From the IMG/VR virus record IMGVR_UViG_3300043399_000297, positions 62,001-126,000 of that record: DNA of 64,000 nucleotides; one strand, given 5' to 3'. Position 1 is the stretch's first letter. Each line of letters opens with the position of its first letter. The position numbers and the translations under genes are program-made. Below the pieces are notes generated by a model, which saw nothing but the letters and a program-made list of their open reading frames with translations, had not been told where the DNA came from and ran no database searches. This document shows positions 58,198-64,000 of this stretch, piece after piece.

Positions 58198-58644
58198 ATG
58201 AAAAAGGGTGAACTTCTCGGTAAAGTATTAGTTCTCGCTACTAACGCTCACGCAGGACAGTTTGACAGGGGCAACAACCCCTACATTCTCCACCCCCTCA
58301 AAGTGATGCACTATCTCAAGACCGACGATGAAGAACTACAGTGCATTGCACTTCTTCACGATGTAATTGAAGATACTAAGACGACTTGGAAAGACCTAGA
58401 AGAAATTGGTTGTACCGAGCGTGTTCTGAAAGCTGTTAAGGCACTCACAAAAATGCCCGGACAGACCTATGATGAATATCAGGAAATTGTGTTCGCTAAC
58501 GAAGATGCAATGCGTGTTAAGCTTTGTGATCTTCGTCATAACACTGATATCCGTCGTCTCAAGGGTGTCACTCAGAAGGACATTGATCGTGTTGCAAAAT
58601 ACAATCGTTTCTTTCTTGAGATTCAGGCTCGTTTGAACGCATAA
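58198..58644 (+). CDS. HD-domain small alarmone hydrolase (SpoT/Mesh1-like (p)ppGpp hydrolase)
   Basis: AHAGQFDRGNNPYILHP, ALLHDVIEDT, LTK, VKLCDLRHN. Confidence 0.82.
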   Translation: MKKGELLGKVLVLATNAHAGQFDRGNNPYILHPLKVMHYLKTDDEELQCIALLHDVIEDTKTTWKDLEEIGCTERVLKAVKALTKMPGQTYDEYQEIVFANEDAMRVKLCDLRHNTDIRRLKGVTQKDIDRVAKYNRFFLEIQARLNA

Positions 58645-58670
58645 AAATCGCATCCGAGGTCATTTTTCGG

Positions 58671-58699
58671 TTGACATTGCTTGCCCATTTTGTTATAAC
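58671..58699 (+). promoter_or_regulatory. Early sigma70 promoter
   Basis: TTTTTCGGTTGACA-17-TATAAC. Confidence 0.75.
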
Positions 58700-58731
58700 T
58701 AATATATCAAGACAGCAAAGAAGGAATGAAT

Positions 58732-59736
58732 ATGTCTCGCATTCTTATCAAGAACGGTGAATATCGCAATAACCCGGTCGTCAACAGCCAGTTTACCCTT
58801 GTCAAGGGCTTTCAGACTGGTAAGAAGGGTACTTATGTGACTGTCAAGAACGACGGTGTTTTCCCCGTCAACATTGACGAAGTCCGTATCAAGGTCAACA
58901 ACCTTGACGATGTTGAGTTTCTTGACGGTGATGCTCCTACTGCTACTGTCACTGAAACTGACGAGGAAGCGATGGATCGTATCGCTAGTCGTTTTGAGAT
59001 CCTTGACGAAATGAGTGCTGCTTGTATCAAGGGCGATGTTCGTGCAATGATCGTTTCGGGTCCTCCGGGTGTTGGCAAGAGCTTTGGTGTTGAACAGCAG
59101 CTTGAAAAGGCTTCATTGTTTGACAAGCTTGCTAACAAGCGTCAGCGTTACGAAGTTGTCAAGGGTGCCATGACTGCTCTTGGTCTCTATGCCCAGCTGT
59201 ATCGTTACAGCGACAAGGGTAATATCCTCGTGTTTGACGATTGCGATAGCGTGTTTGGTGACGAACTTGCTCTGAACATTCTCAAGGCTGCTCTTGACAG
59301 CGGTAAGCGTAGGCGTATCTGCTGGAACAGCGACAGTCGCCTTCTGCGTGAAGAGGGTATCCCGAATAGCTTCAACTTCAATGGTTCTGCTATCTTCATC
59401 ACGAACCTCAAGTTTGAGAATGTTCGTAGCAAGAAGTTGCAGGATCACCTTGAGGCTTTGGAGTCGCGTTGTCACTTCATCGATCTGACCATCGACACTC
59501 AGCGTGACAAGATGCTGCGTATCCGTCAGGTTGATCGTGATGCTGATGGTGGATTGTTTGCTGATTACAACTTCACTAACAACGAGGGTGCAGAGGTTCT
59601 TGACTTTATGCAGACCAATCAGAAGAAGCTTCGCGAAATGTCAATTCGTATGGCTCTCAAGCTTGCTGATCTTATCAAGATTTCCCCCAAGAACTGGAAG
59701 GCGCTTGCTGAAAGCACTTGTATGAAGCGGGGATAA
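58732..59736 (+). CDS. Phage AAA+ ATPase
   Basis: GPPGVGKS, VFDDCD, ITN, ALESRC. Confidence 0.85.
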   Translation: MSRILIKNGEYRNNPVVNSQFTLVKGFQTGKKGTYVTVKNDGVFPVNIDEVRIKVNNLDDVEFLDGDAPTATVTETDEEAMDRIASRFEILDEMSAACIKGDVRAMIVSGPPGVGKSFGVEQQLEKASLFDKLANKRQRYEVVKGAMTALGLYAQLYRYSDKGNILVFDDCDSVFGDELALNILKAALDSGKRRRICWNSDSRLLREEGIPNSFNFNGSAIFITNLKFENVRSKKLQDHLEALESRCHFIDLTIDTQRDKMLRIRQVDRDADGGLFADYNFTNNEGAEVLDFMQTNQKKLREMSIRMALKLADLIKISPKNWKALAESTCMKRG

Positions 59737-59770
59737 AAGAACTCATTGTGAGTACGGTAGTCACAAACTT

Positions 59771-59797
59771 ACAGGGACTTCGGTCCCTGTCTTTTTT
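59771..59797 (+). terminator. Rho-independent terminator with UUCG loop
   Basis: ACAGGGAC-TTCG-GTCCCTGT-CTTTTTT. Confidence 0.88.
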
Positions 59798-59840
59798 CCA
59801 ATGTACTTGATAATTTAACTGATGGTGATATAGTATGGAT

Positions 59841-60842
59841 ATGAACAATAAGGAACAAGTATTATATTTCTTCCTTCAGGGGAAAATAAGTCTTAGCCAG
59901 TATGACTACAAGTTCATGGCCAACCTGCAAACGATGATACAGAATAAGAATCGTGTCACTACCAATCAGGCAGAATTGTTCGATCATCTTATTAGCAAGT
60001 ATAAGAAACAGCTTACTAAGAATGGGTATGACAAGGACACATTGAAGTCTCTTTCTTGGAAGACTATGGTTGTAGAAAGCACCAGTGATTACACTGGAGC
60101 TACCGTCTCTATGCTCAATGACGATATCATTATTCGTGTGCCATTCAACAAGGGCTTCATTACTGCTTTCAGAAATAGTGTGTTCAACAACCCATATGAT
60201 TGGAACAATGAGTTAAAGTTGTATAAGGCTAAGTTTTCAACTACTGCGTTGAAAATTGCTGCCACCTTTTTACCGCACTATTTCTCTACAGTGAAGTATT
60301 GTGACGAAATTGAAAAGATATTGAATGATCTAGAAAACTTTAACGCTAAGGTATATAACCCAACACTGTTCAACATAAATGATAGGTTGGTAGTAGGAGC
60401 CTGCAACTATGTGTTAGGCGAGATAGTTCAAAATATGAACCTTAACCTAGACGCCAAAACATTGTTCAAAATGTCACAATTAGGCATCACTGTTGATGAA
60501 TCTGTATACAAGAATGATCCTAGACTAGAGTTTGCAAGCAAGCGTGTCTATGAAGCGGAGATCACACAACTAGAAACTGTGTTATCTTATATGAAGGATG
60601 TTGGCTGCGGTAATGTCATCATTGGTCGTGGATTGAGAAATATTCTTAATCAAAATGCGATAGACGAACTAATTGCAATGCGAGGTATGCAGCCTATGGG
60701 ACCTATGAGTTTTGGAACTCTACCTGATGGCGTCAACATACTTATACAGCATACTACTAGCGTAGATGTTACCAAAGCTTTCTCTGGTAAGCTAAGTAAA
60801 ATTGTCGTGCTAAAAGATAGCCGACCTATTGAGGTTAAATGA
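59841..60842 (+). CDS. Hypothetical protein upstream of uvsW
   Basis: Long ORF; TTGATA-16-TATAGT-6 nt-ATG favours a start at 59841 over 59835. Confidence 0.65.
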   Translation: MNNKEQVLYFFLQGKISLSQYDYKFMANLQTMIQNKNRVTTNQAELFDHLISKYKKQLTKNGYDKDTLKSLSWKTMVVESTSDYTGATVSMLNDDIIIRVPFNKGFITAFRNSVFNNPYDWNNELKLYKAKFSTTALKIAATFLPHYFSTVKYCDEIEKILNDLENFNAKVYNPTLFNINDRLVVGACNYVLGEIVQNMNLNLDAKTLFKMSQLGITVDESVYKNDPRLEFASKRVYEAEITQLETVLSYMKDVGCGNVIIGRGLRNILNQNAIDELIAMRGMQPMGPMSFGTLPDGVNILIQHTTSVDVTKAFSGKLSKIVVLKDSRPIEVK

Positions 60843-62296
60843 ACGAAGCAAAAATAATCATCAAGGATGAAGTTAATGTGCGAATTGAAAATTTGTCATT
60901 AGTTGATCGTAAAACATTGAATAATAAATTCTCCTACGAAAAGCCCGGTGCAAGATATTTGCCCTCGGTTCGTTTAGGTCGTTGGAATGGCAAGATAAGC
61001 TATTTCTCATTAGCCGGCAGCACCTATTTGAACTTGCTGGAAGATGTTATAACATATCTTTATGATAAAAATTATGACATTGAACTAGTAGATAACAGAC
61101 AGAATCACGGTAATATAACGTTTGAACCTATCAAAGAAGATAGTTTCAGTGACAAGGTCTGGCCAGACAAGCATCCCAATGCCGGCGAACCTATTATGTT
61201 ACGAGACTATCAGGTTGAGATTGTAAATAACTTCCTATCCAACCCTCAGAGCTTGCAGGAAGTCGCTACGGGGGCAGGCAAGACACTGATGACTGCTGCT
61301 CTATCTAAGAGTGTAGAGCATCTAGGACGCTCTATAGTGATCGTCCCCAACAAGAGTCTAGTTGTGCAGACAGAAGCAGACTACATTAACTTAGGATTGG
61401 ACGTAGGGGTTTATTTCGGTGATCGTAAGGAGTATGGAAAGACTCATACTATCTGCACTTGGCAATCATTGAATAACCTATTCAAGAATGTTGCTGACGC
61501 CGGAGAAGACGCCGAGCTAGCAGAATTCTTCTTTGACGGTGTTGTCTGTGTTATGGTTGACGAAGTGCATATGGCTAAGGCTGATGTTCTCAAGACAATG
61601 CTAACTGGCGTGTTCAGTGATATTCCTATTCGCTGGGGATTGACCGGAACGATTCCTAAAGCTGAAATGGACCGTGTATCCTTGCTTGTTTCACTTGGTC
61701 CTGTTATAGGGCAGTTGTCTGCTAGTGAACTACAAGATAGAGGTGTATTAGCTAACTGCCACGTTAATATCATTCAGATGAAAGATAATAAAGAGTTTGC
61801 TAATTACCAAAGCGAATTGAAGCATCTACTTGAAGACGAAGCTAGACTAGATAGGATAGCTGAATTAATTACAAAGGTCAATGAGACTGGAAATACATTG
61901 GTGCTTGTTGATAGAGTCAACGCAGGCAAAGAGTTGGTAAGTAGACTGAATAACGCAGTGTTTGTTAATGGTTCTGTTAAGGTTAAGGATAGACTAGAAG
62001 AATATGATGAGGTTGCAATAAGCGATGACAAGATTATCGTGGCCACGTATGGTGTTGCAGCAGTAGGCATTAATATTCCTAGAATTTTCAATCTTGTTCT
62101 TATTGAGCCTGGTAAGAGCTTTGTTCGTGTTATTCAGTCAATAGGTAGAGGCATTCGTAAAGCAGAGGATAAGGACCACGTGGAAATCTGGGATATCACA
62201 AGCACTTGTAAGTTTGCAAAACGACATTTGACTCAGCGCAAACAATTCTACAAAGAAGCTAATTATCCCTTCAGTTTGGAGAAATTAGATTATTAA
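60839..62296 (+). CDS. uvsW: SF2 DNA helicase UvsW
   Basis: LRDYQ, ATGAGKT, DEVH, GLTGT, GINIP, QSIGRGIR. Confidence 0.92.
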   Translation: MNEAKIIIKDEVNVRIENLSLVDRKTLNNKFSYEKPGARYLPSVRLGRWNGKISYFSLAGSTYLNLLEDVITYLYDKNYDIELVDNRQNHGNITFEPIKEDSFSDKVWPDKHPNAGEPIMLRDYQVEIVNNFLSNPQSLQEVATGAGKTLMTAALSKSVEHLGRSIVIVPNKSLVVQTEADYINLGLDVGVYFGDRKEYGKTHTICTWQSLNNLFKNVADAGEDAELAEFFFDGVVCVMVDEVHMAKADVLKTMLTGVFSDIPIRWGLTGTIPKAEMDRVSLLVSLGPVIGQLSASELQDRGVLANCHVNIIQMKDNKEFANYQSELKHLLEDEARLDRIAELITKVNETGNTLVLVDRVNAGKELVSRLNNAVFVNGSVKVKDRLEEYDEVAISDDKIIVATYGVAAVGINIPRIFNLVLIEPGKSFVRVIQSIGRGIRKAEDKDHVEIWDITSTCKFAKRHLTQRKQFYKEANYPFSLEKLDY

Positions 62297-62335
62297 TTTC
62301 TTGACTTGTTATAATATTGTTGCTATGATACTAAT

Positions 62336-62836
62336 ATGCGAATACTAACATTAGAAAATACAAATTATAACCTAGAGACACTTCCTGAGGAAATTGATGA
62401 CCTTAGGTTTGCTATTCTAGATAACTCTACTCCTTCAAATGTAGACTATCATTTTATTCCATTGATCTTTTTGGAATCATTTAATAGTCCTGCACTTGTA
62501 TTGAAAATAGCAAATAAAATTATCAAGATGCCTATTGATTGGCAAGTATTGATAGGAGAGCAAGAACACGGTGATTTAGAATCATTGCCACTATCAAGTC
62601 TTAATGACAGAGGGTTTAATGTTTTTGAGTTTAATCCACTAACTTCGTATGCTCCGGGATTTCTACCTATTGAGATACTAGACATATATCCAGAAGTAAC
62701 TTGGTATGCACCTAGATTAAAGAATGGACAATTTTTAGCCGTACCTATAGATGAAGGAGAAAAGCCAAGATGCGTTTACTTTGTTAAAGAAGTCAGTAGA
62801 AATTGTGAAGTAGTTGACTATAGCCAAGTATATTAA
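62336..62836 (+). CDS. Hypothetical beta-rich protein
   Basis: Promoter TTGACT-17-TATGAT-6 nt-ATG (62301-62329). Confidence 0.7.
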   Translation: MRILTLENTNYNLETLPEEIDDLRFAILDNSTPSNVDYHFIPLIFLESFNSPALVLKIANKIIKMPIDWQVLIGEQEHGDLESLPLSSLNDRGFNVFEFNPLTSYAPGFLPIEILDIYPEVTWYAPRLKNGQFLAVPIDEGEKPRCVYFVKEVSRNCEVVDYSQVY

Positions 62837-62846
62837 GGAGAAGACA

Positions 62847-62978
62847 ATGACTAGTGTAATTGAATCCTATAAGAAGCAGAGTAAGAAGAAAGAGGGCGAT
62901 GTAATGGGAGTAATTCGCACACTTTTCCCTGACATTGAAGTTGAAACCTTTTTGCAAAATAGGAATAAAAATGTCTAG
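62847..62978 (+). CDS. 43-aa hypothetical protein (not in the ORF track)
   Basis: TAAGGAG RBS; MTSVIESYKKQSKKKEGDVMGVIRTLFPDIEVETFLQNRNKNV. Confidence 0.55.
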   Translation: MTSVIESYKKQSKKKEGDVMGVIRTLFPDIEVETFLQNRNKNV

Positions 62979-63402
62979 TGGAAAAACTATCGCTAATTCA
63001 CAACACGCCAAAGTAATTAATGTTACGAGTAAAACTTGGACATTGCCGAACCCTGCGACAGTTCCGGCAGGAAAGATTCAAGTATATTATGATAATACAA
63101 CGAAGAAGGAAAAGAAGATGGGTTGGTTTAGAAGAAAGTTTATGGAGTGGTCTCAGCGAGCCTGGGAAGACGGTAAGAAAGAACTGCATCATTTAAATGA
63201 AGTCAGACCTCACGAAGGCGTTAGTGGAAAGTCTAGTGTTCGTTTCACCGTTTATGCTGCGTCAGGAGGACATATCATTGAATATTACAAGCAAGATCGC
63301 TATAGAGATAGTGAAGGTCCTGAACTTGTTATCGTCAGTACCGGTGATAGCCTCGGTACAGCAGTTGAGCATATTCTTACACTAGAGGCACTAAAGTCCT
63401 AA
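62971..63402 (+). CDS. Hypothetical protein
   Basis: AGGA RBS before the ATG at 62971; start uncertain. Confidence 0.55.
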   Translation: MSSGKTIANSQHAKVINVTSKTWTLPNPATVPAGKIQVYYDNTTKKEKKMGWFRRKFMEWSQRAWEDGKKELHHLNEVRPHEGVSGKSSVRFTVYAASGGHIIEYYKQDRYRDSEGPELVIVSTGDSLGTAVEHILTLEALKS

Positions 63403-63989
63403 TGGCTAAAGATAAACTATCAGTAGATGAAAAGTTTGAGAAGGTTGAGTTTGACCTTTTTGAAGCACTTGCGGCTATTGATAGGAAAGACTACGACTAT
63501 TATGATAGGTTAACTACAGAACAACAGCGTAAGTTTGTTCCTTTTATGCTAATTCATTGGGTCAGTGCTATCAAGGGTAGCAAGGATTTACAGTCATATT
63601 ATCTTCGAAGCACTGACTATCACGCTAATAGATATTTGTTCAATGAGTATGTGCAGAAAAATCCTAAACTACAATGGCTGATGCTATGTGCAGCAAGTCC
63701 GAATCGAGGAAAACAGTTCCATCAATGGATCCCGCACATAAAAGAACGTGTATCTAAACTGAAGGAATCACCCAAGAGTAGTGACATAAAGGAATATTTT
63801 AAAAAGGTATATCCAAAAGCATCTAGTTCAGATTTGTCATTAGTCACTGAGGTTTTTGTTGATAGTCATAGAAAAAAGATGTATATTGCAAACAAGTTTC
63901 CTGAACTTAAATATGATGAGATAGAGCTATTAAGTGACCTTATTACGAACGAAGATATCCAAGACTACGAAAAAGCCTCAGGTAACTAA
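63402..63989 (+). CDS. Probable clamp-loader small subunit (gp62-like)
   Basis: L.AID..Y..F.PFML..W.S..N..LQW..QFHQW pattern; replication-gene context. Confidence 0.5.
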   Translation: MAKDKLSVDEKFEKVEFDLFEALAAIDRKDYDYYDRLTTEQQRKFVPFMLIHWVSAIKGSKDLQSYYLRSTDYHANRYLFNEYVQKNPKLQWLMLCAASPNRGKQFHQWIPHIKERVSKLKESPKSSDIKEYFKKVYPKASSSDLSLVTEVFVDSHRKKMYIANKFPELKYDEIELLSDLITNEDIQDYEKASGN

Positions 63990-64000
63990 AACAGAATTTC

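Noticed and set aside
1-64000. Stop-codon reassignment, introns or inteins in core genes, tRNA genes
   Set aside because: Core genes are full length in code 11 with all three stops used; terL, uvsX, uvsW and thyA are of normal size; no tRNA cloverleaf recognised apart from the tmRNA domain

Overview
This is a 64 kb segment of a large, AT-rich T4-like tailed phage genome, read in the standard genetic code and almost all on the + strand. The host is probably an alphaproteobacterium, judging from an alpha-type two-piece tmRNA and a DUF465-like gene. (1) 1-30.6 kb is a carbohydrate-tailoring island. It holds four twitch/SPASM-type and two cobalamin-binding radical SAM enzymes, several glycosyltransferase-like families, a UDP-glucose dehydrogenase, a DegT aminotransferase, an amidinotransferase, a cupin/2OG oxygenase fusion, three SGNH proteins, a carbamoyltransferase with an unannotated 34-aa partner ORF, and a 1515-aa repeat/GT-like protein. 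An inverted HNH endonuclease and an inverted SDR interrupt it. (2) 30.6-38 kb has a permuted tmRNA with a long structured intervening segment, a modular nucleotidyltransferase/zincin protein, and sigma70-promoter early cassettes including a MoxR AAA plus VWA-metallopeptidase pair. (3) 38-52 kb has DHFR, ThyA, a second aminosugar module, spanins, virion and internal proteins, and the large terminase. (4) 52-64 kb has gp32 SSB, UvsX, a GIY-YIG endonuclease, UvsY, a small (p)ppGpp hydrolase, an AAA ATPase, UvsW and a probable clamp-loader small subunit. Many genes have a TAAATA late-promoter core 4-8 nt before the ATG, which suggests leaderless mRNAs. All product calls come from motif recognition by eye; no database search was run.
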